Below, piece after piece: positions 7,984-16,330 of a stretch of DNA of 21,944 nt. This stretch comes from a bacterium (GTDB lineage Bacteria > Arandabacterota > Arandabacteria > Arandabacterales > JALGWA01). Position 1 is the stretch's first letter, and every line of letters starts with the position of its first letter. Position numbers and translations under genes: made by a program. The notes under the pieces are model-generated. The model did no database searches, was not told the origin of the DNA, and worked only from the letters and a program-made list of their open reading frames with translations. Location: contig JASFEA010000040.1 of the NCBI GenBank assembly GCA_050125095.1, positions 1 to 21,944 of the forward strand. The letters run 5' to 3'.

Positions 7984-8847
7984 ATGACCAGGACAGTGAA
8001 GTGCGCCCTCATTCAGACGGGATGCCCCGACGCGTCAGGCGAGATTGAGGCCGTCAAAGAGGCCATGATCTCGAAGCAGATTCCGATGATAGAGCGGGCG
8101 GCGTACCGTGGCTCCAACATAGTCTGTCTTCAGGAGCTCTTCTACTCGCCCTATTTCCCGGCGGGCGAAGACCTCAGGTGGCTTGAAGTCGCCGAGAGCG
8201 TGCCGGGAGAGACGACGGCCAGGATGGGCGACCTGGCAAAGCGCCTGGGCATAGTGCTCATCGTCCCCATTGCCGAGACGGCCGGCGGCAAGTGCTTCAA
8301 CACTGCGGTCGTCATGGGCACGGACGGGGCCGTAAAGGGCAAATACCGCAAAGTCCATCTGCCCGACCTGGTGGGCTTCCGCGAGAAGTTCTATTTCGAA
8401 CCCGGCGACATGGGTTACCCGGTTTTCGAAACCGAGTTCGCCCGGCTGGGCATTTATGTATGTTACGACAGGCACTTCCCGGAAGGGGCGAGGGCGCTGG
8501 GCCTTAAGGGAGCGGAGATAGTCTTCAACCCTTCCGCCACCATAGAGGGCCTGTCGCGGCATCTGTGGGACATCGAGCAGAGGGGGCACGCGGTGGCGAA
8601 CGGCTACTTCGTCGGAGCCTTGAACCGCGTGGGCCGCGAGAAGCCCTGGGAGAGCGGCAAGTTCTACGGTTCGAGTTATTTCTGCGACCCGGCGGGCAAA
8701 GTCCTTGCAAAGGGAAGCGATTCAGGCGACGATATCGTTGTCGCCGACCTCGACCTTTCTATGATTGAAAGCGTGAGAGATCTCTGGCATTTCTATGAAG
8801 GCAGGAGACCCGAGACCTACGGGGATCTTGTCAAACCGCCGCAATAG
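7984..8847 (+). CDS. Nitrilase-superfamily amidohydrolase, beta-ureidopropionase (N-carbamoyl-beta-alanine amidohydrolase)-like, 287 aa
   Basis: Glu-Lys-Cys triad motifs CLQELF, KYRKVH, VCYDRHFPEG, plus EKFYFEPG and FYGSSYF. Adjacent to preA and dihydropyrimidinase. Start set at ATG 7984 because the ORF-track extension runs through the promoter and repeat. Confidence 0.88.
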   Translation: MTRTVKCALIQTGCPDASGEIEAVKEAMISKQIPMIERAAYRGSNIVCLQELFYSPYFPAGEDLRWLEVAESVPGETTARMGDLAKRLGIVLIVPIAETAGGKCFNTAVVMGTDGAVKGKYRKVHLPDLVGFREKFYFEPGDMGYPVFETEFARLGIYVCYDRHFPEGARALGLKGAEIVFNPSATIEGLSRHLWDIEQRGHAVANGYFVGALNRVGREKPWESGKFYGSSYFCDPAGKVLAKGSDSGDDIVVADLDLSMIESVRDLWHFYEGRRPETYGDLVKPPQ

Positions 8848-8868
8848 ACCAGGGTATGGAGTTGGGCA

Positions 8869-10113
8869 ATGCTTAGCACCGAGTTCTGTGGTTTTGCGCT
8901 CACCAGCCCATTCCTCTTGGCATCGGGCCCTGCCACGCGCGACGCAGGCCACATCGTAAGAGGTCTCGAGGCCGGCTGGGCGGGCGCGGTGACGAAGACC
9001 ATCTCCCTGGAGCCCTCGTCGGGCATACGTCTGAGTCCCCGTTTCGCGAACGTGTGCGGGGGATTCTTAAACCTGGAGCTCCTGAGCGACCGGGGTCTCG
9101 ACGCATGGCTTGCGGACTTAGAAGAGATCAAGAGGTCATTTCCCGACCGGCTGCTCGTAGCGAGCATCGCCGCACCGGCGTACAAGCTCGGCGACTGGAA
9201 GATGATGTCGGAGGCATGCGCGCGCGCCGGCGCGGATGCGCTTGAACTCAATCTCTCCTGCCCCCACGGGATCAGCAGCAATGACATGGGCATCACCATA
9301 GGGCAGAGCCCGGAGCTCACCCGCGAGGTGACCGGCGCCGTATGCGAGGCGGCCGATGTGCCCGTCATGGTCAAGCTGGGCTCCAACGTGGGAGACGTCG
9401 CCACGGTGGCGGCCGTGGCGGAGCGGGCCGGCGCCGCCTCCGTGTCGGCGATAAACACCGTCCCCGGGCTCGGAGAGATAGACATAGAGAATCTCATGAT
9501 CGCGCCTTCGATTGACGGCCTCACCTCGACCGGCGGCCTTTCCGGCGCGCCGGTCAAGCCCATAGCTCTCAGGGTGGTGGCGGACGTCCGCAAGGCGACT
9601 TCGCTCGAGGTGAGCGGCATAGGCGGCATCATGACCTGGCAGGACGCATGCGAGTTCATACTGGTGGGCGCCAGGACGGTGCAGGTCTGCACAGGGGTCA
9701 TGCTCAAGGGATTCGGATTGATAGACGACCTCAAGCGGGGCCTCGCCGATTACATGATGCGAAAGCGTCTGGCGGGGCTGCGGGCGGTGGAGGGCCGCCT
9801 GCTGGAGAGCATAGTCACCTACGGGGAGCTCAGGATGACGACGTCGGCCCCGCGCATAAGAACCGACCTCTGCCGGCGGGATGACCTGTGTTACATATCC
9901 TGCAGGGACGCCGGCGGAAACGCTATTTCCTTGGGGCCCGACCGCTACCCCATAGTGGACATGGATAAATGCCTGGGCTGTTCTCTCTGTATGCAGGTCT
10001 GCCCGTCGCCCGGGTGCATAACCATGGAGGAGATCGGCGGCGAGGCGGCGGGCGATCTTCCCGGCGGGGACCTGAGGGAAAACGAAAGGGAACATTATGG
10101 ATCTGGTGATTAG
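8869..10113 (+). CDS. preA: Dihydropyrimidine dehydrogenase FMN subunit PreA (PydA-like) with C-terminal ferredoxin-like domain
   Basis: SPFLLASGP, GWAGAVTKT, NLELLSDR, LELNLSCPHG (catalytic Cys loop), GGLSGAPVKPIAL, VQVCTGVM. C-terminal Cys motifs CRRDDLCYISC and CLGCSLCMQVCP. Confidence 0.9.
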   Translation: MLSTEFCGFALTSPFLLASGPATRDAGHIVRGLEAGWAGAVTKTISLEPSSGIRLSPRFANVCGGFLNLELLSDRGLDAWLADLEEIKRSFPDRLLVASIAAPAYKLGDWKMMSEACARAGADALELNLSCPHGISSNDMGITIGQSPELTREVTGAVCEAADVPVMVKLGSNVGDVATVAAVAERAGAASVSAINTVPGLGEIDIENLMIAPSIDGLTSTGGLSGAPVKPIALRVVADVRKATSLEVSGIGGIMTWQDACEFILVGARTVQVCTGVMLKGFGLIDDLKRGLADYMMRKRLAGLRAVEGRLLESIVTYGELRMTTSAPRIRTDLCRRDDLCYISCRDAGGNAISLGPDRYPIVDMDKCLGCSLCMQVCPSPGCITMEEIGGEAAGDLPGGDLRENEREHYGSGD

Positions 10114-11485
10114 GGGCGGGACCGTTGTAGATGAGGGCGGTCCCTATAAGGGCGACATAGGCGTGAAGGGCGGCAAGGTCGCGGCCATATACTCGCCCGG
10201 AAGCGGCGTCGAGGGGAAGGCTACCATCGACGCCGCCGGCAAGCTCGTCCTGCCCGGTGTCATCGACGTGCACGTGCATATGGAAATACCGTTCTGCGGG
10301 ACGGTCTCTTCGGATGATTTCACCACGGGCTCAATCGCGGCGGCGTTCGGCGGCGTGACGACGATGATCGACTTCGCCATACAGACAGAGGGCGGAACGC
10401 TCGCCGAGGCCGTCGAGAGGAGAAAGGGCCTCGCCGCGGCCAAGAGCGCCGTCGATTTCGGACTCCACTGCGGCATCACCGACTGGAACCAGAAGACGCG
10501 CGGGGAGATGAAGGAGATCGTCGAGGCCGGGGTGCCGAGCTTCAAGCTCTTCATGATCTACAAGGAAGAGGGGTGGATGGCCGACGACGGCATCATGTTC
10601 GAATGCTTCGAGGAGGCGGCGTCCATTGGCGCAACCGTATGCGTTCACGCCGAGAATCCCCACATTATAGACGTCTTCACCCGCCGCGCACTGGAGTCGG
10701 GAAGGACGGACGCGGTGCAGCAGTCGCTCTCAAGGCCCAATTTCTCGGAGAGCGAGGCGGTGCAGCGGGCCATATACCTGGCGTCCGTGAGCGGCGCGAG
10801 GATTTACATAGTGCATATGTCCACCTCAGAGGCGGCCCGTATCGTCGAGGAGTGGCTGTCCTGCGGATACCCGGCCTTCGCGGAGACCTGCCCGCAGTAT
10901 CTGATGCTGAATAACAGGGCTTTCGAGGGGCCCGACGGCCATCTCTATGCCACATGTCCGCCGATACGCTTCGAGGAGGACTGCGACTACTTGTGGGGCG
11001 CCGTCGCGGACGGTTCGATCCAGGTCGTTTCCACGGATCACTGCAGCTTCACGCGCAAGCAGAAGGACATGTGGGGGGGCGATTTCAGGAAGATCCCCTT
11101 CGGCCTTCCCGGCGTCGAGACGCTGCTCCCCATACTGATGACCCACGGTGTAAATGAAGGCCGTTTCCCCCTGGGGAGGCTGGTCGAAGTGCTGTGCACT
11201 AATCCCGCGAGGCTCTTCGGGCTCTATCCCGAGAAGGGCACGCTCAGCGTCGGGAGCGACGCGGATATCATAATCATAGACCCCGCCAGGGAGACGAAGA
11301 TCACTCCTCAGAACCTCCACATGAACTGCGATTACTCCCCGTATGAAGGCGAGACGCTCGTGGGGTTCCCGGATGTGACCGTACAGCGGGGCAAAATCAT
11401 AGTGAAGGACGGGGATTTCCTCGGCGCCGCGGGAGACGGGCGTTTCGTCAAGAGAGCCGCACAGGGAGGTGGCGAGCTTGGGTAA
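10097..11485 (+). CDS. hydA: Dihydropyrimidinase / D-hydantoinase (HydA/HyuA-like)
   Basis: PGVIDVHVH, GGVTTMIDF, SFKLFM (carbamylated Lys), VHAEN, IVHMST, ETCPQYL, STDHC, DYSPYEG. Confidence 0.93.
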   Translation: MDLVIRGGTVVDEGGPYKGDIGVKGGKVAAIYSPGSGVEGKATIDAAGKLVLPGVIDVHVHMEIPFCGTVSSDDFTTGSIAAAFGGVTTMIDFAIQTEGGTLAEAVERRKGLAAAKSAVDFGLHCGITDWNQKTRGEMKEIVEAGVPSFKLFMIYKEEGWMADDGIMFECFEEAASIGATVCVHAENPHIIDVFTRRALESGRTDAVQQSLSRPNFSESEAVQRAIYLASVSGARIYIVHMSTSEAARIVEEWLSCGYPAFAETCPQYLMLNNRAFEGPDGHLYATCPPIRFEEDCDYLWGAVADGSIQVVSTDHCSFTRKQKDMWGGDFRKIPFGLPGVETLLPILMTHGVNEGRFPLGRLVEVLCTNPARLFGLYPEKGTLSVGSDADIIIIDPARETKITPQNLHMNCDYSPYEGETLVGFPDVTVQRGKIIVKDGDFLGAAGDGRFVKRAAQGGGELG

Positions 11486-12704
11486 GGTGACAGGCCTGGT
11501 CTGCCTCAAATGCGGCAAGAGATTCGCCGGGGGCGAGCACATCACTTGCCCGGACTGCGGGCTCGAAGGCATATTCGATGTGGAATACGACTATGACGAA
11601 CTCCGCCACTCGCTAAAAGAGAGCCCGCTTCAGTCGAGGCATGTCAACAACATCTTCAGATACCAGGATTTCCTTCCCCTCTCCGAGCCCGCGCCCGGAA
11701 TGCTCAAGGTCGGGATGACGCCTCTATACAGGTTCGAGAAGATGACTGAACTTACGGGCGTCGACGAAGTCTATCTCAAGGATGACACCGTAAATCCGAG
11801 CAGCTCGCTGAAGGACCGCGCCTCGGCTGTGGGTATCGCCATGGCCGTTGAAGACGGCCGCCGGGCCATCGCGTGCGCTTCCACCGGCAATGCGGCGTCG
11901 TCCCTGGCTGTGCTTTCGGCCTCTGTCGGCGTGGATTCATACATATTCGTGCCCGAGAGCGCTCCCGAGCCGAAGCTTTACCAGATCGGTGCATGCGCCA
12001 CGAAGGTGTTCCGGGTGAAGGGAACTTATGAGGATGCCTTCGATGTGGCCACCGAAGCCATTGAGAAGTGGGGATGGTACAATCGAAACTGCGCCATCAA
12101 TCCATACCTGGTTGAAGGCAAGAAGACGTGTTCGCTGGAGATATACGAGCAGCTCGGGTACTGCGTGCCCGACTGGCTGGTCGTTCCCGTTGGCGACGGC
12201 TGCATATTGAGCGGCCAGTACAAGGCCTTCAAGGACCTTAAGGCCGCCGGCGTCACGGACCGCATACCCAGGATACTGGGGGTACAGGCGGAGGGCTGCA
12301 GCCCCGTGGTGGAGTGCTTTCATGGGAAGGGGGAGCCCTATTGCGCCGAACCGAACACGCTGGCCGACAGCATCAGGGTGGGCAAACCCAGGAACTGGAG
12401 GAAGGCGCTCAAAGCGCTCAACGAATCGGAAGGGGCGGCCGTGACCGTGAGTGACGACGAGATCGTCTCCGCGATCGAACTGCTCGGCAGACACACCGGG
12501 GTTTTCGCCGAGCCGGCCGGTTCCACGGCGTTCGCCGGACTCATTCGCGCAGCGGGTGAGGGCATAATAGAGAAAGACGAGAGGGTGGTATTCCTGGTCA
12601 CGGGGAGCGGGCTCAAGGATCCGGAGAGCCTCAAGTCACGCGACCTTATCACCGACGTCGGTCGCGATATCCGGGAGGTAGAGCGGGCGCTCGAGAGCGC
12701 TTGA
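11478..12704 (+). CDS. thrC: Threonine synthase-like PLP-dependent enzyme (fold type II), 408 aa
   Basis: N-terminal zinc ribbon CLKC...CPDC, NPSSSLKDRA (PLP Lys), ASTGNAA, EGKKT, VPVGDG, FAEPAG, TGSGLKD. TTG 11478 is preferred over GTG 11469 because GGAGG (11465-11469) is correctly spaced for it. The family is clear but the substrate is uncertain. Confidence 0.85.
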   Translation: MGKVTGLVCLKCGKRFAGGEHITCPDCGLEGIFDVEYDYDELRHSLKESPLQSRHVNNIFRYQDFLPLSEPAPGMLKVGMTPLYRFEKMTELTGVDEVYLKDDTVNPSSSLKDRASAVGIAMAVEDGRRAIACASTGNAASSLAVLSASVGVDSYIFVPESAPEPKLYQIGACATKVFRVKGTYEDAFDVATEAIEKWGWYNRNCAINPYLVEGKKTCSLEIYEQLGYCVPDWLVVPVGDGCILSGQYKAFKDLKAAGVTDRIPRILGVQAEGCSPVVECFHGKGEPYCAEPNTLADSIRVGKPRNWRKALKALNESEGAAVTVSDDEIVSAIELLGRHTGVFAEPAGSTAFAGLIRAAGEGIIEKDERVVFLVTGSGLKDPESLKSRDLITDVGRDIREVERALESA

Positions 12705-12804
12705 GCGGCTATGGGCCGGGGCGGCCCTGAGCCGGGCGGACCAGCGCTTGAACGCACCGGCGCCGGGCGGCTGGTTGCCGGGCGGCAGGCGGCAGGGGAG
12801 CAGC

Positions 12805-13281
12805 ATGAAGCAGATAAAGATAACCCTTAAGGTCAACGGCGAGGACATCGAGGCGGAAGTCCCTCCGGCCCTGACCCTGCTTAGCCTCCTGAGGGACGGT
12901 CTCGGGCTTACGGGGACCAGGCAGGGTTGCGGGAAGGGCGATTGCGGAACCTGCACCGTGCTCGTCGACGACAGACCTGTCCTATCGTGCATAATGTTCG
13001 CGTTCCAGGCGGACGGCAAGTCCATAACGACAATCGAAGGCGTCTCAAACGGCGATCGCCTGAGCCGCATACAGGAGCTCTTCGTCGAGCGCGGCGCCAT
13101 TCAATGCGGGTTTTGCACTCCCGCGATGATACTCGTCGGCGAGTCCCTTCTCAGGGAGAACCCGAAGCCGGCGCGTGAGGATGTGAGGGAAGCCATCTCG
13201 GGCGTGCTCTGCAGATGCACGGGTTATAAGAAGATCGTCGACGCCATCGAGGAGGCTGGCAGGGAAGGCGAAAGGGGGTAG
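12805..13281 (+). CDS. Molybdenum-hydroxylase small (2x[2Fe-2S]) subunit, CoxS/xanthine dehydrogenase family, 158 aa
   Basis: GTRQGCGKGDCGTCTV, ITTIEG, QCGFCTP, LCRCTGY. SD GGGGAG before ATG 12805. Confidence 0.93.
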   Translation: MKQIKITLKVNGEDIEAEVPPALTLLSLLRDGLGLTGTRQGCGKGDCGTCTVLVDDRPVLSCIMFAFQADGKSITTIEGVSNGDRLSRIQELFVERGAIQCGFCTPAMILVGESLLRENPKPAREDVREAISGVLCRCTGYKKIVDAIEEAGREGERG

Positions 13282-13284
13282 GAA

Positions 13285-13710
13285 TTGGTAACGGGCAGAA
13301 GCGGCAATCTCCTGCTTATCCGTCTTGTTCACGGCGACGACCTCCTTGAGAGTCTCAAGGCGGTTCTCGCCCGCGAGGGCGTGACTTCGGGCGTGCTGCT
13401 CGGCGGTGTGGGCATGCTGAGCGACGCGGTGCTCGGTTACTATGCCGGTGACGGTGAGTATGAGACTCTCGACGTGGGTGAAGAGGTGGAGCTCTGCGCC
13501 TTGAGCGGCAATATCTCGACTTTCGAGGGCGAGCATGTGATTCACATGCACGTGGCAGCCGGCCGGAAGGACGGCAGCGCGGTAGCCGGACATCTGGTGT
13601 CGGCCAGAGTACATATGACGCATGAACTCGCCGTGATGGTCTCGGATACCGCAATGGTTCGGAAAGTTGATGAGGAAACAGGGCTGAAGCTGCTCTGGTT
13701 CGAATCTTGA
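13285..13710 (+). CDS. PPC/DUF296 domain protein
   Basis: IRLVHGDDLLESL, GGVGMLS, ELCALSGNIS, HMHVAAG, GHLVSA (His-rich metal-site pattern of DUF296). Confidence 0.88.
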   Translation: MVTGRSGNLLLIRLVHGDDLLESLKAVLAREGVTSGVLLGGVGMLSDAVLGYYAGDGEYETLDVGEEVELCALSGNISTFEGEHVIHMHVAAGRKDGSAVAGHLVSARVHMTHELAVMVSDTAMVRKVDEETGLKLLWFES

Positions 13711-13732
13711 GCGACTAGGAGGAGGTAGAGTG

Positions 13733-14902
13733 ATGAAACTTGCTGAGAGAATGTCAAGGCTCGGTACCGAGAGCGCCTTCGAAGTCCTGGCGCGGGCCAA
13801 GGCCCTCGAGGCCAAGGGCAAGGAGGTGATTCACCTCGAGATAGGGGAGCCGGATTTCGACACGCCAGATAACATAAGGAAGGCCGCCGAAAAGGCCATA
13901 TGGGACGGATACACCCATTACTCCGCGGCCCAGGGCATAGTAGAACTGCGCAATGCCGTAGCGGAGGTCGACTCGAAGCGCAAGAAGCTCGACATAAAAC
14001 CCGAGCAGGTGGTCGTTGTTCCCGGGGCCAAGCCCATCATGTTCTTCGGCATGCTCGCCCTGGTGAACGAGGGCGATGAAGTCATATACCCCAACCCGGG
14101 CTTCCCCATTTACGAGTCGGTGATAGAGTTCCTCGGCGCCAAGGCCGTGCCCATCCAGCTTCACGAGAGCAAGGGCTTCTCGCTGGATGTCGACGAGCTC
14201 AAGAGCAAAGTGACCTCGAAAACCAAGATGATGATCATCAATTCGCCGCAGAACCCTACGGGTGGAGTGGTCCCCAGGGAGGACCTCGAGACCGTAGCAA
14301 AGCTGGCGGTCGACAAGGACTTCTGGGTGCTCTCGGACGAAGTCTATTCCGAAATGGTATATGAAGGGCAGCACAACAGCATAGCCGTATTCCCGGGCAT
14401 GAGGGAACGTACCATCATTATCGACGGCTACTCCAAGACCTATGCGATGACGGGCTGGAGGCTTGGCTACGGCGTAATGCCCGAGGAGCTGGCGCAGGCC
14501 CTGACTCAGATTCAGATCAACGCCACCTCATGCACGTGCACATTCACCCAGGTCGCCGGGGTCGAGGGGATAAAGGGCGACCAGTCGGCGGCGAAGGCGA
14601 TGGTGGCAGAGTTCAAGAAGAGACGCGACGTCATAGTTGAGGGTCTCAACGCGATCGACGGCATAACCTGCCTGCTCCCGAAGGGGGCGTTCTACGTTTT
14701 CCCCAATATAAGCGGGACGGGCGTCAGCGCGCAGGAGCTCTCCGACAAGCTCTTAAACGATGGAGGAGTGGCCGTACTGCCGGGTACGGCGTTCGGGAGT
14801 TTCGGCGAAGGCTATCTCCGTCTCTCATATGCCAACTCCGTAGAGAACATCCAGAAGGCGCTGAAGAGCATCGAGAAGATAGTCGCCGGTCTCAAGAAGT
14901 GA
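13733..14902 (+). CDS. Class I/II PLP-dependent aminotransferase (aspartate aminotransferase-like), 389 aa
   Basis: HLEIGEPDFDTP, NSPQNPTG, SDEVY, DGYSKTYAMTGWRLG, GYLRLSYA. SD AGGAGGAGG. Confidence 0.93.
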   Translation: MKLAERMSRLGTESAFEVLARAKALEAKGKEVIHLEIGEPDFDTPDNIRKAAEKAIWDGYTHYSAAQGIVELRNAVAEVDSKRKKLDIKPEQVVVVPGAKPIMFFGMLALVNEGDEVIYPNPGFPIYESVIEFLGAKAVPIQLHESKGFSLDVDELKSKVTSKTKMMIINSPQNPTGGVVPREDLETVAKLAVDKDFWVLSDEVYSEMVYEGQHNSIAVFPGMRERTIIIDGYSKTYAMTGWRLGYGVMPEELAQALTQIQINATSCTCTFTQVAGVEGIKGDQSAAKAMVAEFKKRRDVIVEGLNAIDGITCLLPKGAFYVFPNISGTGVSAQELSDKLLNDGGVAVLPGTAFGSFGEGYLRLSYANSVENIQKALKSIEKIVAGLKK

Positions 14903-15711
14903 AAGTCGACAGGCAGGCGACGCTCTGCCGGGGCCTCGGGCTGGGTCCCGGGGACGTCGTCGGCATAGTCGGCGCGGGCGGCAAGACATCGCTCATGTAC
15001 CGCCTGGTAAGAGAATTCGTAGCCTCGGGCATTCCGGTGGTCGCGACAACGACTACCAGGATATGGGAACCCGCCGAAGGGACCATGCCCGAGGTCGTGC
15101 TGGGAGACGGCAACGACTCCCATATAGAAGTATTGAGCGGCGTGGTATATGGCCGCGGCATGGCCCTGACGGGCAGCGGGGAAGCGGATGGCAAGATAAT
15201 CGGGCACAGCCCGGAGTTCGTGGACAGCATCGGGCGCGCGAAGCCGGGCTGGGCCGTAGTGGCCGAATGCGACGGCGCCCGGGGGAAATCGCTTAAGGTG
15301 CCGGACTCTCACGAGCCGCCGCTCCCGTCTTTGACAAGTGTATACATAGTGGTGGTCGGAGCCGACTGCATCGGGGAGAAGGTGGGCTCCGATGCCGTTT
15401 ACAAACCCGGGCAGGTGGCACAGGTGGCGGGCGTTCCGGCGGAGGCGGTCGTAGACGATGCAGTAATTGCGGCCACTATACTGTCGCCCGATTCGTACCT
15501 GGGCCGGAGGCCTTCCCGGGCGCGGATGTTCGTTCTCGTAAACAAAGTGAGACCGGGAGATGTCCTGCCCGCCGGTGACGACTGTACTCCGGTAGAGGAC
15601 AATCCCGTGACAGCGCTCGCCGGCAGGCTGATCTCCTCGGGAACCATCGAAGGCGTCATCATCGGCTCGGTGGGCCGGATGAGCGAAGAGCCCTTCGCGT
15701 TCTTGAGGTGA
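14899..15711 (+). CDS. yqeC: Selenium-dependent molybdenum hydroxylase accessory protein YqeC
   Basis: P-loop VGAGGKTS, TTTTRI, ECDGARGKSLKVP..HEPPLP, VVVGAD, VNKV. Neighbours mocA and yqeB. Confidence 0.87.
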   Translation: MKVDRQATLCRGLGLGPGDVVGIVGAGGKTSLMYRLVREFVASGIPVVATTTTRIWEPAEGTMPEVVLGDGNDSHIEVLSGVVYGRGMALTGSGEADGKIIGHSPEFVDSIGRAKPGWAVVAECDGARGKSLKVPDSHEPPLPSLTSVYIVVVGADCIGEKVGSDAVYKPGQVAQVAGVPAEAVVDDAVIAATILSPDSYLGRRPSRARMFVLVNKVRPGDVLPAGDDCTPVEDNPVTALAGRLISSGTIEGVIIGSVGRMSEEPFAFLR

Positions 15712-15718
15712 GACGGCG

Positions 15719-16330
15719 ATGGTTATTGACTGCGCGCTCCTGGCCGGCGGTTCGTCCAGGCGGATGGGGGAGCCCAAGCTGCTCCTCAATCTGGGAGGCC
15801 GCACCTTGTTCGAGCACGTACTCGCCGTTCACCTTGCGAGCCGGGTGCGCAGAGTATGCGCCGTGGTGCCGGGATGGCTCGACGGTTTTGGAGAGATAGT
15901 CAGGATGCGAACCTCCGGACGCGCGCATTTCGCCGTTCTCGACCGGGAGTGCGAGATGAGCGAGTCGCTGAAGACGGGTTGGAGGCGCATAATGCAGGCC
16001 GGGAAGCCCGACGCTGTGATGATCTCGCTGGCCGACATGCCGTTTGTCACGCCCGGCGTTATCGATTCGGTCCTGGACTGTTTCGCGGGCTCGGATTGTG
16101 AGATTTGCGTCCCGGTCTATGGCGGGAGGAGAGGCCATCCCGTCGTGCTTAGCGTGGATCTTGAGGAAGAGGTCCTCGGTCTCGAAGGCGATTGCGGTGC
16201 CCGTGCGGTGGTCCGGGGCGCGGGCCGGCGCGTCGCGGAAGTGCAGGTCGATACCGACGGAGTGCTGGTCGACATCGACACCTGCGAGGACTTCGAAGAG
16301 GCGAGAAGGAGGATGGATCAGGTTGGGTGA
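15719..16330 (+). CDS. mocA: Molybdenum cofactor cytidylyltransferase (MocA/YgfJ-like nucleotidyltransferase)
   Basis: LLAGGSSRRMG.PKLLL, MSESLK, LADMPFV, GRRGHPV, LEGDCGAR, DIDTCED. Confidence 0.85.
   Translation: MVIDCALLAGGSSRRMGEPKLLLNLGGRTLFEHVLAVHLASRVRRVCAVVPGWLDGFGEIVRMRTSGRAHFAVLDRECEMSESLKTGWRRIMQAGKPDAVMISLADMPFVTPGVIDSVLDCFAGSDCEICVPVYGGRRGHPVVLSVDLEEEVLGLEGDCGARAVVRGAGRRVAEVQVDTDGVLVDIDTCEDFEEARRRMDQVG

Noticed and set aside
16044-16322. Long N-terminal extension of xdhC in the ORF track
   Set aside because: It overlaps mocA in another frame; XdhC similarity starts near 16323.
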